Program-made: the position numbers and the translations under genes
Notes under the pieces: model-generated
Told to the model about the DNA's origin: nothing
Database searches by the model: none
Seen by the model: the letters and a program-made list of their open reading frames with translations, nothing else
In this document: piece after piece, positions 1 to 11,329 of the stretch
Layout: each line of letters starts with the position of its first letter
Numbering within the stretch: position 1 is the stretch's first letter
Assembly (NCBI GenBank): GCA_965240325.2
Contig: OZ251241.1
Coordinates: 310,001 to 374,000, forward strand
Origin: Rebecca billardiae RCC1528
Taxonomy: Eukaryota > Protista > Haptophyta
Reading direction: 5' to 3'
Length of the DNA: 64,000 nucleotides

Positions 1-1276
1 GCCATCGCCGCCGCCGCCGCCGCCGCCGCCGCCGTCGCCCAGCCCGCCACCGCCCAGCCCGCCGCCGCCGAGCGTGCCGCCGAGCGCGCCGCCGGGCTCG
101 CCGCCGAGCGCGCCTCCCAGCCTGCCGCCGAGCCTGCCGCCGAGACCGCCGCCGAGCACGCCACCGAGCGCGCCGCCAAGCGCGCCGCCGAGCGCGCCGC
201 CGAGCCCGCCGCCCAGCCCGCCGCCCAGCCCGCCGCCCAGCCCGCCGCCAGACCCGCCGCAACGCCCGCCGCCTCCGAGCCCACCGCCTATCCCGCCCAG
301 CACGCCGCCCAGCACGCCGCCGAGCCCGCCACCCACTGCGCCGCCCGCCCTACCGCCTAGCCGACCGCCAGGCGCGCCGCCTGGCATGCCGCCCAGCGCG
401 CCTCCCGCCCCGCCTCCGACCCCTCCGCCACCGGCCGGGCCGCCGAGCCGGCCTCCGCCGCAGCCACCGCCATCCTCACCGCCACGGCGGCCGCCCTCGA
501 GGCCGCCACCACCCGCGCCGCCGCCGCCTTCGCCGCCGCCGCACCCGCCGCCGCCGTTGGCGCCGCCGCCGAGCGCGCCGCCGCGTCTCCCACCACGCCC
601 GCCGCCCACGCCCCCTCCATCGCCGCCGCCGCCGTACGTCGCAACAGGGAGCTCGGCCGTCGGCGCGACCGGCGGCGACGATGACGGCGACGGCAGCAGT
701 GGGCGCGGCGGCGCCTCCACCGGCACGTCGGGGCGCTCGCCGCTCGGCGGGGAGCCGTCGCAGGAGGCGTCTGCCGCTGGCGCGCAGGGCGCCACCCTGC
801 AGGCCATCGAGGCGCTTCTGGTCGTCCTCGCCGTGTGCGGCGCGCTGGCCGCGTGCGCCGTCTGCGCGTACCGGCTGCGGCTGCCGTCCATCCGCCGCCG
901 GCGCGCGCTCGAGGCGATGCGCGGCAGTGACGGCGAGCTGCCGACCGTCAGCGTTGACGGCGGCGCGGCCTCGCGCGAGCCGAGTGCGACCGACGGGAGC
1001 GGCGGCGGCTCCCAGTTGGCGCGCCGCCTGAGCGATGGCCTGGCGCACGCTGGCATCGGCGCGGCGGCCAACGCGCACGGCGGCGACGACGTGGGCACCT
1101 CGGCCGTGCGCTGCTCGCCGGTCGAGCCCGCCGCAGCGAGCCAGGCGGCGCACCGGCCCGACCCGGCGGGCGCGCCGCCGCCAGGCGAGGCGCACGCGAC
1201 GAGCGAGATCGAGCTCGCCGATCTGCACGGCGGGCGGCAGCGCGGGCTCGCGCAGGCTGGGTGGAGGCCGCCCTGA
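1..1276 (+). CDS. Proline/serine-rich (extensin-like) single-pass membrane protein, 5' partial
   Basis: Frame is open from the window edge (CCA TCG CCG...). Long SPPP/PPS repeats, then a hydrophobic segment ALLVVLAVCGALAACAVCAY followed by basic RLRLPSIRRRR (stop-transfer). Stop at 1276. Confidence 0.7.
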   Translation, partial: PSPPPPPPPPPSPSPPPPSPPPPSVPPSAPPGSPPSAPPSLPPSLPPRPPPSTPPSAPPSAPPSAPPSPPPSPPPSPPPSPPPDPPQRPPPPSPPPIPPSTPPSTPPSPPPTAPPALPPSRPPGAPPGMPPSAPPAPPPTPPPPAGPPSRPPPQPPPSSPPRRPPSRPPPPAPPPPSPPPHPPPPLAPPPSAPPRLPPRPPPTPPPSPPPPYVATGSSAVGATGGDDDGDGSSGRGGASTGTSGRSPLGGEPSQEASAAGAQGATLQAIEALLVVLAVCGALAACAVCAYRLRLPSIRRRRALEAMRGSDGELPTVSVDGGAASREPSATDGSGGGSQLARRLSDGLAHAGIGAAANAHGGDDVGTSAVRCSPVEPAAASQAAHRPDPAGAPPPGEAHATSEIELADLHGGRQRGLAQAGWRPP

Positions 1277-2588
1277 CGGGGACGCTATCAGGCTGTCTCG
1301 GCCTCGGTCGAGCTTTGACCAACATCGACGACATGCGACTCTCGCACGGCGCACCGCGTGCTGCGAGCTGGGCGCAGGCGTGTGGCGCGTCGGCGCGATG
1401 TGCTACGCAACGAGCACGTCACGCAGGACGCGGCACGCGCCGGACGCCTGCTCGCACGGCAATGCGGTGCAGCCAGCGTCGGCACGAGGCCACTTATTTA
1501 TTTCTGTGCCGCACGGGTCACTCCCGCACACTCGGACGAGGACGCGAGGGTGCGGCCCGTGCACTCTGCCAGTCCGCGGTGGGGTCACGGATGACCGACA
1601 CCGATGGCGACCGGTGACCGGCGGTGCGGACGACCGCGCCGGCCCGCGCGCGCAGGGCCAGGCGCGGCGGCGCGCCATTCACGGCGCGTCTGACGACGCG
1701 ACTCGTCATCAGATCCGAATAAGTAAGCAGCAGGCAGCCTGATAGCCACCCGAGCCCTATCTACTGTACGTTATTCTATTATAATACTAGCAGTGCAGCG
1801 TGATACTGATTCAGTACGGCCTTAATAAATACGCGCTTATAATTAATACTACGACTACGACCGTGCTATATACATGATTCCGAATCCGAGGGCTCGGACT
1901 CTGAATTATTACGCCCGCGCGGTCGCGGCTGACAGTTCAACCGATGCAGAGACCGGACGACGGTTCCGCGAATGCCGGTTCACGCCGGGCAGTAGCTTAT
2001 ATATATACAGCACCAGGCTTTTTAATTTAAAAAAAGTATTAGAGAGCGTGATGGCGCGACTTTATTAATAATAATAATAATAATCGCGCGATGAGCAGCT
2101 GAGCTGACTCGCAGACTCCGTCTCGGTCTGCGGCAGCACGTCTCCTCACCGTCAGACCGCAGTAGCGCTCACTCTTAAAGTCACAGCCTGGGAGTTGCAC
2201 GTCGTCCTGCCGCCGGTCGTCCGTCTTACGGTGTGGCAGTGACTCCGAAGTCGGCGTGCCGCGCCCAGCCGGGGATCACAGCTGATGACACGTGGTGGCG
2301 AATCACCTTTGCGTGCGACTGCCTCACACGCTGCGAGGTGGGAGGCGCGAGGCAGCTGACTGCCTAACGCTGCTGCCAGCGCGGAGGCAGCCCAGCACGG
2401 CGGCCTGGGCGTCGGACCACCGCGATCAGAGCGCTTCGTCAGCCCCTGCGCGGCGGCGCCAGAGCGACGGCGGCGAGCGGTATGCGGACGTGTGATGTCT
2501 GCGCGCGCACACGGGCCGCCCGCCGCTTCACCGACCGGCGGAGGTTGGCCACAAGAAGGGACAGGAGCGTGGCCATCCGGTCGGCTTC

Positions 2589-2756
2589 CTAATGGTGCGG
2601 GTTGAGGTACTTTGAGTCCTTCTTGTCGCCGCCAGCGGCCATGGGCAGGATGCCGCACACGAATAGGCTGAAGGCGACGCCCGCCATCAGTGGCCACGCC
2701 ATCGGCCGGCCGGCCTCACGCATCGCGAACTGCATGAAGGTCTCGCGGGGCGCCAT
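2589..2756 (-). CDS. Mitochondrial ATP synthase small subunit (6-kDa / subunit i/j-like), 55 aa
   Basis: MAPRETFMQFAMREAGRPMAWPLMAGVAFSLFVCGILPMAAGGDKKDSKYLNPHH. The F..RE....WP...G.A, single TM and D.K.SK(Y/F)...H pattern matches the plant-type 6-kDa Fo subunit. It is the C-terminal end of the 2589..3386 ORF. Confidence 0.65.
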   Translation of the reverse strand: MAPRETFMQFAMREAGRPMAWPLMAGVAFSLFVCGILPMAAGGDKKDSKYLNPHH

Positions 2757-2901
2757 CTCCACCTGGCTCCTCGGCGTGATCACAGACAGCAGGTGCTCGC
2801 CCGATCGGCCTCCTGAGCTCTTGGTGCTTGCGCACCCGAGGCGCATCCGGACCGTCGCCCGCGCACCGGACCTCCGCCCTCCACGCGCCGAGTCGGCATC
2901 G

Positions 2902-5685
2902 ATGGCGTCGTCCGGCGTGTCGTCGCGGCTGAGATGGCGGCTACCAAGCTGGAGGTTAGCGCCGGCTCGCGCCGCGATGTCCGTGCGGCCTGCCGTGAGC
3001 TGGCCAATGTGCCGCCACGCCGCCACGCTGGCATCACGGCGCAGCCCAGCCCCGCCGCAGCAGGACGTGCTGGCGCTGAGCGCTCGACTCGAGACGGCGC
3101 TCGAGACGGTGGCACAGGCAGGGCCGCGGCGGTGCCACGACGAGGCACACAGCCTCCTGCGCGCGCTTGAGACGGCGATGGTGAAGAAGCGCGTACACGC
3201 GCCGCGGCTCGTGGAGATGCTGCACTCTGCGCGCGCCGTCGCTGACCTCGCCGACGCGCACAGCGCCGACGCGGACGGCCCGGCCACGGTGGCCAGCTCT
3301 GTCTCCAACGCGCATCTGTTCCGCAACGTGCTCAAGCGGAGCGTGCCGTCGATGCGCTCGCTGATGCCGAGCATGCCGCCGCACACGGCCGCGCGGCTCG
3401 TCGCGCTCTACGCCGAGCTCCCTGTCTGTCACGCGCGCGACGACTTCACGCGCATCGCGTGCGGCGCGGTGCCCGATCTCGGGAGATGCGATCTGGACGC
3501 GCTCGCCTCGAGCCTCGAGGTGCTGGACGGCCGGCTGGCGAGCAACCCGTGCCGAGACTACGCGACGCGGGTCACCTCGCACGTGGCGCACGCGCCCGAG
3601 CGCGGCGTGCTCAGCTACGCCGCGTACGGCGCGTTTGTGCGCAGCTCGATCGAACTCATCGCGCACGCGGAGCGGCGGCGCGCGTCCACGGTGCAGGCTG
3701 TCTCGGAGCAGGCGAGGCGCGACTCGCTCACGGCGCGGCAGGCGCTCGATGCCGCGCTCATCTCGGCCAACGGGCGTGTGCGCAAGATGCGCGTGCGCGC
3801 AGCCGGCTCGACCGCGCCGGACGTCGAGGCGCAGCAGCTGGTCGGGCTGGTGCACGCGTGCCTGCCGCTGCTCGAGGGAGAGCCGCGCGCCGCCGGCGGT
3901 GTTGACCGTGGCGCCGCTGCGGCTGGCGGCGGCGGCGAGCTCGGCTTGCCCGCGGTGCGCGCGCAGTCCTCGCGCCACGCGGCGACCCTCACGCGCAACA
4001 TCGTCTCGTACGTGCTGCCCCTCCGGCAGACGCTCGACTTTGGCGCGCTGCTCACGCTCGTGCGCGCGGCGCCGGCCGCGGGCCGCGAGCTGGGCGCTGA
4101 GCGCGAGGGCGGCGGCAAGGAGGCGGACGGTGCGCCGGCGCCGTACGTGCTGCACCGCGAGGCGGCGCGGCGGGAGCTCTCCGGCGTGCCGGTGGACGGC
4201 CTGCTCGCCTTCCTCGACGCGCCCGGTCTCGACCCCCTCAGTGCTGAGCCGGTCCTGCTCGAGGCGGCGACGCGGTGCGAGGCTGAGCTGGCGCAGCTGC
4301 GCGCGAGCGCGCCCGCGCCGCCCGCGCCGCCCGCCGCGGCCGCGGCCACCGGCGCGCAGGCCGCGTCGGCCGGCGTGAGCGCGCGGCGCGCGCACGCGCT
4401 GATCACGCGGCTGCAGCGCACCTCGCTCGCGCGCGACCAGCGCTGGCTCCGCGGCGTGCAGCCGGGCGCGGACCGGCGGCTGCTCGAGGCGACGCTCTCG
4501 TTTGCGCGCGCCTTCTCCGAGAGCCTCGTGCAGCACGGCGCGTTCGGCCGCGCGCTCGACGCGCCGCAGCGCGTCGACGCCCTCGACGCGCTCGTGCACA
4601 TCGGCGTGGGCTCGCTCGACGCCGTGCACGTGTGCACCGAGCTGCTGCGCGCGTCGGGCGACATCGCGCGCCTCGACCTGCCGACGGTCTCACGGCTGAT
4701 GTGGGCGCTCTCGCGCATCGGGTACGTGGGGCATCGGCCGCACGGGCTGTGGTCGGCGCTCAGCGGCCGCGCCGCCGCCGCCGCCGCGGCGGAGCACGCC
4801 GACGCGCACTCGGTGCTGAACGCGCTCTCGGCGGTGTGCCGCGTCGGCCTGTACGAGACGCGCGCCGTGCGCACGCTGCTCGACCACGCGCTCCGCCACT
4901 TCGACGACGTGCGGCTGCTGCGCGGCGCGGCGCTGGCGGGGCGCTCGGACAGCGCGCCGGGCGCGCGGCAGCGCGAGCAAGACGTGGCCAAGCTCTTCGA
5001 GTGCCTCGGCGCGCTCGACATCGAGGCGCCGGCGCTCGCCGCGCACGTGCCGACCGAGACGCTCGAGGCCCTGTTCGCGCGGTACGCGCTGCGCCGGCCG
5101 AGCAACCCGATCGTCTCCGACCTGCAGCGCGAGGTGGGGACGGCGCTGCGGCACATCGGCGCGCGCTGCCTGGTCGAGCCGGTCCTCGAGCTGCCCGTGC
5201 GCGGCGGCGCGCTGCGCTACCGCGCAGACTTCGTGCTCGAGGGCCTGCCGGTGGTCCTCGAGGTGCAGGGCGCGCCGCACTACCTCTTCTCGCTCACGGC
5301 CGCGTACTGCTCCATGCGCAACAGGCTGCTGCGCCGGCGCGGCTTTGCGGTGATCGAGGTGCCGCACGAGACGTGGAACCAGCTGCGCGCGCGCGGCGGT
5401 GGGCTGGCGTCGCTCGGCAAGTTCTTGCTGCGCAGGATCAGCCAGGCGGGCGTGCTGCTGCCGACGCCGGCGCGAGCCCCCGGCGAGGGCGAGGGCGCCG
5501 CATCGGGCGGCGCGGCCGCGGCCGCCGGCTCCGCCTGGCACGACGACGACGAGCTCGACATGCTCGAGGTCGTGCGCGCAGCCACGCCCCCATTCATCGT
5601 GCAGCCGACGCGCTCGGGCTCAGCAGATGCCGACCGGCGACGGCGCGGCGGGCCGTTGTGGGCAGAGGATTTCCGCAGATGGTGA
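2902..5685 (+). CDS. Helical-repeat protein with C-terminal RAP domain (FASTK/OPR-like organellar RNA-binding protein)
   Basis: C-terminal SDLQREVGTAL...E...YRADF...VVLEVQGAPHY...RNRLLRRRGFAVIEVPHETW is a RAP (PD-(D/E)XK-like) motif. Preceded by OPR-like helices (LPTVSRLMWALSRIGY). Arg/Ser-rich N-terminus. Start uncertain (2902, 2977 or 3008). Confidence 0.75.
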   Translation: MASSGVSSRLRWRLPSWRLAPARAAMSVRPAVSWPMCRHAATLASRRSPAPPQQDVLALSARLETALETVAQAGPRRCHDEAHSLLRALETAMVKKRVHAPRLVEMLHSARAVADLADAHSADADGPATVASSVSNAHLFRNVLKRSVPSMRSLMPSMPPHTAARLVALYAELPVCHARDDFTRIACGAVPDLGRCDLDALASSLEVLDGRLASNPCRDYATRVTSHVAHAPERGVLSYAAYGAFVRSSIELIAHAERRRASTVQAVSEQARRDSLTARQALDAALISANGRVRKMRVRAAGSTAPDVEAQQLVGLVHACLPLLEGEPRAAGGVDRGAAAAGGGGELGLPAVRAQSSRHAATLTRNIVSYVLPLRQTLDFGALLTLVRAAPAAGRELGAEREGGGKEADGAPAPYVLHREAARRELSGVPVDGLLAFLDAPGLDPLSAEPVLLEAATRCEAELAQLRASAPAPPAPPAAAAATGAQAASAGVSARRAHALITRLQRTSLARDQRWLRGVQPGADRRLLEATLSFARAFSESLVQHGAFGRALDAPQRVDALDALVHIGVGSLDAVHVCTELLRASGDIARLDLPTVSRLMWALSRIGYVGHRPHGLWSALSGRAAAAAAAEHADAHSVLNALSAVCRVGLYETRAVRTLLDHALRHFDDVRLLRGAALAGRSDSAPGARQREQDVAKLFECLGALDIEAPALAAHVPTETLEALFARYALRRPSNPIVSDLQREVGTALRHIGARCLVEPVLELPVRGGALRYRADFVLEGLPVVLEVQGAPHYLFSLTAAYCSMRNRLLRRRGFAVIEVPHETWNQLRARGGGLASLGKFLLRRISQAGVLLPTPARAPGEGEGAASGGAAAAAGSAWHDDDELDMLEVVRAATPPFIVQPTRSGSADADRRRRGGPLWAEDFRRW

Positions 5686-5837
5686 CACTGATGCTGCTAT
5701 AGTTGGCGGCGGTGACATCTCTGGCGGCGCGATTGGCGCGCGCACTATACTGTCATATCCTAGCAGACGAATAAGTAATATATATATATGTGTGATGTGA
5801 ACTGGCGTCTAATTCTAAATTAATCGGACATGATGAA

Positions 5838-5886
5838 TTATATATATATTAAATTATATATAATTTAATATATATATATATTATAT
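5838..5886. repeat. Interrupted (TA)n microsatellite in AT-rich spacer
   Basis: TATATA runs between convergent gene ends. Confidence 0.8.
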
Positions 5887-6011
5887 CTGCGGCGCGCCGT
5901 ACTTTGACTAGATACGTACGCGAGTCGCGACGCGCGACGAAGTCAGACGTCCGCAGCCGGCGCCACTCGGCCGCCAGGATCCGAGTTGCTGACACATACG
6001 TGAATCACGCC

Positions 6012-7568
6012 TCACGCAGGCTGATGCTGACGGCGCTGCCAATCGTTAGGCTGGCCCACGTAGTGCGAAGAGACCAAGGCCACCCTCGTCGTCTCGTTGT
6101 CTCGGTCGTTGTCGGCATCATCGGGGAAATCGTCAGCTGCATCGGTGTGCTCGCCTGCTGGATGTGGCAGCCAGCGTTCGAGAGCGCGCAGCGCGGGTCG
6201 CCAGACGCCCGGCTTGCCATCGGTCAGGAGCTGGGTGAGGGCTCGCACAGCGCCAGCGGCCTCGAGGGCCGGGCGCAGAGCGTCCGAGGCGCCAAGCTGG
6301 GCGATGGTGCATGCGGCGCAATACTGCGCCGACAGCTCGTTCGACGGGCTCAGCAGAGCAAGGAGGCGCTCGGCGACTGTGTGTGAGAGAGCGGGATTTG
6401 TGGTCAGCCTCGTGCGCACTGCGTCAAAGCCTGCGACCTTCTCGAGCGCCTCCGCCGCCAGGGCGCACAGCTCAGCCCTCGACGGCTGGAGCAGCGGGAG
6501 CAAGGCATCCACGACCCCCAGATTCGCCAGGCGCGAGCCGATACGATCCGCGCCGGGCACCGCGCCAGAGCTCGCGCCGCCTGCCAGGTGCGCCACACCG
6601 AGGAGAGCAAACGTGACGATCTGCGCGTCGAGACGCCCCGCGTGTGCACCCTCGGCACGGAGCAGCTCGAGCAGCGGCGGGAGCGCCCACTCGCACAGCT
6701 GCGCGCGCTGCGCAGGCTCGCGGGCGAGATTCGCCACGGCCCGTGTCGTATGCCACAGTAAGGAGGCGGCGTGTGCGTCGCCAGCCGCCTTGCTGGCTCC
6801 GCTCTCGAGCACAGCCGACAGGTGCGCGCGCACGCTGTCCGCAGCGATCCGTTCAACGCCAGCATCCGAGGCGCCGCCTGCGAGGTTGGCAAGCACGCCA
6901 AGTGCCAGGACATGCGTGCTTTTCGAGCGCGAGCCACCGTGCGCATCTGCTGTGCTTGAGCCGGGGCTCGTCCCATCCCCCGGGCCCATCATGCGCGCAA
7001 GTGGCCGCAGCAGCTGCGCGTCCAGAAGCTGATCGCACAGCTCAGCACCCGCCTGCGCAAGGGAAGTCAGCGCATGGCTCGCGGACGATTGCCTGTCGAT
7101 GTCGTCGTCATCGAGCATCGCAACCAATGCTGGCAGCGCGCCAGCCTGCACGACAGCAGGCGCGAGCTCAGCCACATCCAGCAGCACGATGTTGTTCAAA
7201 GCCCCCGCTGCATCGTCCGCGCTCTCGGTCGCGAGCATGCGCGCAAGTGGTGCAATCAATGTGAGCGGCTCCGGCAAGTCCGCGAGCGCACCGAGCGCAC
7301 CCAGCTGCCACGTGGCCACTGCGGCACGAGCGTGCTGCGATTCAAGCAGCTCTGCGAGCAACTTGTACACTTCGTCCATGCTGATGCCGAGCTCGTCCTC
7401 GACTTGGTCGAGCAGCGCCTCGAGGTGTTCGTCGTCGAGCTGCTCATTGAGGGCAACGGGCGCGTAGGCCGCTATGATCTCCAGTAGTTTGTCAATCGCC
7501 GTTTTATTGTGTCTGCGCATGTGCGACACCCTGGTGGCCGCCTCGCGGCCCGGCCGGCGGCCCGACAT
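6012..7568 (-). CDS. Armadillo-repeat protein
   Basis: Repeated ARM signatures: AAGALNNI, VVQAGALPALVAML, ALGVLANLA, RAVANLA, LEAAGAVRALTQLL. Confidence 0.75.
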   Translation of the reverse strand: MSGRRPGREAATRVSHMRRHNKTAIDKLLEIIAAYAPVALNEQLDDEHLEALLDQVEDELGISMDEVYKLLAELLESQHARAAVATWQLGALGALADLPEPLTLIAPLARMLATESADDAAGALNNIVLLDVAELAPAVVQAGALPALVAMLDDDDIDRQSSASHALTSLAQAGAELCDQLLDAQLLRPLARMMGPGDGTSPGSSTADAHGGSRSKSTHVLALGVLANLAGGASDAGVERIAADSVRAHLSAVLESGASKAAGDAHAASLLWHTTRAVANLAREPAQRAQLCEWALPPLLELLRAEGAHAGRLDAQIVTFALLGVAHLAGGASSGAVPGADRIGSRLANLGVVDALLPLLQPSRAELCALAAEALEKVAGFDAVRTRLTTNPALSHTVAERLLALLSPSNELSAQYCAACTIAQLGASDALRPALEAAGAVRALTQLLTDGKPGVWRPALRALERWLPHPAGEHTDAADDFPDDADNDRDNETTRVALVSSHYVGQPNDWQRRQHQPA

Positions 7569-7687
7569 CGATGCCGCGGCCCCCGCTCGGCGGCAAGTTC
7601 ACGAGTTGCCGGTACTCGCCGCCTGCCCGCCCCGGCCGGCGCGGCTGCCGCGGCACGGGACTCGCGCTCGGCCCGTGTCGCACAAAG

Positions 7688-8956
7688 ATGGCGACTTCAC
7701 GTCCGCGCCGCGCGAGCGGGCGCCTCGCAGCCGACGCATGGCATTTCCCGGCCTTCTCGGAGCTGCGCCTAGAACTCTCGCCCGCTGGAAAGGTCGAGCC
7801 CCGACGCGGCGAGAACGCCGCCGAGGGCCAGGCGCGCTTGCAATGCTTCAGCGCGCCCGAGGTCGACCGCGGCCGATTGTGTCACCTCTACGAGCTGCTG
7901 CTGCGCCCTTCGTCGAGCGGAAGCCTGGCGGACGCAGCCGCAATCGCACCGCCCGTCGTGAGCCTCGACCCGACGGGCACCATGCGGCGTGCACTTGACG
8001 CCGCCATCACTTCGTCGGACGGGCGCGAGCTGTGGACGCTCTGCGAGCAGCTGGCTCTGGCTCACCACCACCGCATTGCGCACACGCACACCGAGTACGT
8101 GTGCTGGTGGCTGGCACTTGAGCCCACGGCCGGAGAGACACAGGAGCTGCACGAGGTGCTCGACGTGGGTGGGGATCCCCATCAGATCGTGGATTTGCGC
8201 GAGGGCCAGCCCCAGCGCTCCGGCGGCACGCGAGGAGCAGCGGGCGCGCAGCACCCAGGGCGCAGGAGCTCCAAGCGCCCTCGTGCAGCAGCGCCTCGGC
8301 TGATGAAGCTGGAGGAGGGCCAGGACGGCGAGGTTTCCGAGGATGAGATGGGGGATGAGGCGGAGGAGGAGTCTGAGGAGTCTGAGGAGATGGACGAGGA
8401 CGAGGACGAGGACAGGCTTGCCCACCTGGCGTCAAGGCCGTTGTTGGATGCCGAGCAGCGGATGTGGGACGCGGACGACGACCCCTTCGACGCCTTCCGC
8501 GATTTCCGCACACTGCAGCGGATGTTCACCCACCCCGCGCTGCCGGAGCGGGCGCGCCTGCGCGCGTGCCGCCGGCTGAGCTGGGCCATCCAGTCGGGAG
8601 CGGAGGAGCTGCTTCTCGCGGACGGTCGCGTGTGGTCCGACATTGGGCCCAAGCTGCAGCCCATCATCTCGAAGGAGTACCGCAAGGTGTCCGAGGCGTG
8701 CGCGCGGCCGGGTGGCGTGCAGCAAACCGCGCAACGATTGGCAAGGGTTGGCTCCGCAGAGAGCCCCGACATTCAGGAGGCTGCAAAGGACCTGCTCACT
8801 GCGATCGACGACTGGAACCATGTTCTCAAGGCCCTCGACGAGCTTCCAATCGATGAGTTCGATTATGAACCTGACGACAATGGCGACGGCCCGCTCGAGA
8901 TGGCTGGCCGTTGGATTGCGGGCGGCTCCGGGCCTCACCGCCTTCGGCCTCACTGA
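7688..8956 (+). CDS. Hypothetical protein with central acidic tract
   Basis: Long ORF with coding-like codon use, an acidic EEESEESEEMDEDEDED tract and a putative NLS (RRSSKRPR). No family recognised. Confidence 0.6.
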   Translation: MATSRPRRASGRLAADAWHFPAFSELRLELSPAGKVEPRRGENAAEGQARLQCFSAPEVDRGRLCHLYELLLRPSSSGSLADAAAIAPPVVSLDPTGTMRRALDAAITSSDGRELWTLCEQLALAHHHRIAHTHTEYVCWWLALEPTAGETQELHEVLDVGGDPHQIVDLREGQPQRSGGTRGAAGAQHPGRRSSKRPRAAAPRLMKLEEGQDGEVSEDEMGDEAEEESEESEEMDEDEDEDRLAHLASRPLLDAEQRMWDADDDPFDAFRDFRTLQRMFTHPALPERARLRACRRLSWAIQSGAEELLLADGRVWSDIGPKLQPIISKEYRKVSEACARPGGVQQTAQRLARVGSAESPDIQEAAKDLLTAIDDWNHVLKALDELPIDEFDYEPDDNGDGPLEMAGRWIAGGSGPHRLRPH

Positions 8957-9700
8957 ACTCGGCCAGCGCGCTGGTACTCGTCGGCTACTCTGCAGTCCGA
9001 TACTCTGGCACTGCCGTCAAGCGGCGTCGTTACACGGGCAATGCTGCCAGCATATGAGTAATCGTCCGTCGACAGACGACTGAATCTGAACGGCAACGGG
9101 CCGCGGCCAGCAGCAGAGCTTCGCCTCGACGGTATCTTCTACTACGACTATACAACGGCGGTTTGCCGAGACCCGAGTGACCGCAGGGCTCATCAGGCTG
9201 CGAAGTCGGCCGCGCACCGACTATGATGACGACACGCGGGCTCACCGCTCAGCGCGGACGTCGGAGTTCGCGCGGACAGCCCGACAGTCGGCCGGACATC
9301 CGACAATGTGAGACTGAGAGAGTGATGACGACGCGCGACATATCGTCATTAGAGTGGCGGTCGACGACGGCCGTGCAGAGTATAGTCGTATAGTAGTTAT
9401 TCGAACTTATTCCGGGCTAAGGCCGATGATTCAGCATGTACGACTGTGACGGTCAGGCGCTGCTCACTCAATCACCAGTGGGCAGCACGCTGCGCTCAGT
9501 TGACTCAGTGGCGGCGCACGCCGTTTAACAAATAACACTAAGTCCACTGGCCCGGGAGTCCCGCAACCGGACCTCAGCCAGCCCGCCCATCTCGCAGAGC
9601 TTGCTGGGTGCGACTCGACGTACTAGACAGGCGGCACGATCAGAGGAGGTCCGAGATGCGCTCACACTCGCCGCCACGTTGAGCACACGGAGCAGCTTGC

Positions 9701-10246
9701 TCAGTTGATACTGACCTGCTCAGTGGGTACTGGGAAAGCGGGCGCGGTCGGGTTCTGCGGCACCTTGCGGATGAGCGACACATCATAGCCCTGCGACTTG
9801 ACACCATCCACAAGACGGTTGTACTCCGCGTCGGGCAGTGTTGGCGAGCGCGCCATGATCCAAAGGTAGGCTCGGTTCGGATAGCCGACGACAATGTTGG
9901 ACGCATCCTGCGCCATGTCGATGATTAGGTACGACATCCGCAACGGCGTGTACCCGATCAGCGGTAGCTTTGGCGACACGCGCAGATCGGTGAATGTTGA
10001 CTTGTTATGAATGAACCCGCGCTGGTACGACTCATTGATCGACCCATCCGCGCTGCCCTCGTTGAACACGTACTTGACGCTGAACCTTTGGTACTTCGGC
10101 TCCCATGCGTACGTCTCCACGGCGTTGTATGCGTTCTTCTCCACGAATATTGGAATGTGCGCAATCACGTACCAGCTCCCCATGAACTTGGAGAAGTCGA
10201 TTGGGCGGTCCATCGCCGTGAGCGGCGGGACCTTGACGCCACCCAT
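9701..10246 (-). CDS. Lipocalin (Blc/ApoD/TIL-like)
   Basis: SCR1 motif IDFSKFMGSWYVIAHIP and SCR3 motif YLWIMARSPTL...GYDVS. Start taken at MGGVKVPP. Confidence 0.85.
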   Translation of the reverse strand: MGGVKVPPLTAMDRPIDFSKFMGSWYVIAHIPIFVEKNAYNAVETYAWEPKYQRFSVKYVFNEGSADGSINESYQRGFIHNKSTFTDLRVSPKLPLIGYTPLRMSYLIIDMAQDASNIVVGYPNRAYLWIMARSPTLPDAEYNRLVDGVKSQGYDVSLIRKVPQNPTAPAFPVPTEQVSIN

Positions 10247-10523
10247 GTCTGTCCGCGTCGTTGATGGCGGGGATGTCGATTCCCGTCTGCGCCCAGCCGC
10301 CCAGCGCCGCGATTGGTCGCCGTTCGGCGCTCTCATCGAAGCTTCGCGCTGCTCTGGAACTGACGACATATGACCATCTTCAGCCCTTTATTTTCGGGCC
10401 TTTGGCCTTTTGCTGATTTGTTTCTCAAAGACCGCCAGTGACAATGTCGGCGGTCGTCAGCGCCAATGCAGATTGCAGGCGGTCTCGATCATTGACGACG
10501 ATCATTGACGGTGTGAAGTCGGG

Positions 10524-11296
10524 TCAGCCACGTCGACGGCCCCGCCTGCGCCGATGCACCCAGTGGCTGGGCAACGGCCCCAGCCCCGGTATCCGCCAGG
10601 GCGGCGGGAACGGCGGCGGAGTTGGCGGCAGTGACGGCTGCGGCGGTGGCCGCGGGCTCGGGCTCGGGCTCGGCGGTGGATGTGGCGGAGGGTGCAGCGG
10701 CGGATGCGAGGGCGGCAGAAATGGCGGCGGCGGCGGCATTGACGGCGGCTGCGAGGGCGGCGGTGGGCGCGGCGAGGGCGGCAGGCTTGGCGAGGGCGGC
10801 GGTGGGTGTGGCGGCGGCGACGAGGGCGGCGGAGGCGAGGGAGGTGGCGGCGGCGCCGGCAGCGGCGGCGGTGGGGCTGGCGGCGGCGGCGGCGGCGGGA
10901 ATGGTGGCGGCGGCGACGGCGGCGGCGGCGGCGCGGGCGACGGTGGCGGCGGCGATGGAGGCGGTGGCGGCGAAGGCGACGGTGGCGGCGGCAACGGAGG
11001 CGGCGGCGGCGCTGGTGAGGGCGGTGGTGGCGACGGAGGCGGCGGCGGTGCTGGAGACGGCGGTGGCGGCGATGGTGGCGGTGGCGGCTCTGGGGACGGC
11101 GGCGGCGCGAGCGGCGGCGGTGGTGGCGACGGCGACGGCGGCGGTGCCAGCGGTGGCGGAGGTGGCGTGGGCGAGGGTGGCGGCGGGTGCTCAGGCGGCG
11201 GTGGCGAGGGCGAGGGTGGCGGCGGCGGCGGCGAGGGCGGCGGGCTCGGCGACGGCGGCGGCGGCGGCGGCGAGGGTGGCGGGCTCGGCGACGGCG

Positions 11297-11329
<33 letters not shown>

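Noticed and set aside
9141-9210. Minus-strand CTGATGAG...GGCAAAC hammerhead-like string
   Set aside because: Lacks the conserved G of CGAAA, and stems I and III do not pair convincingly.
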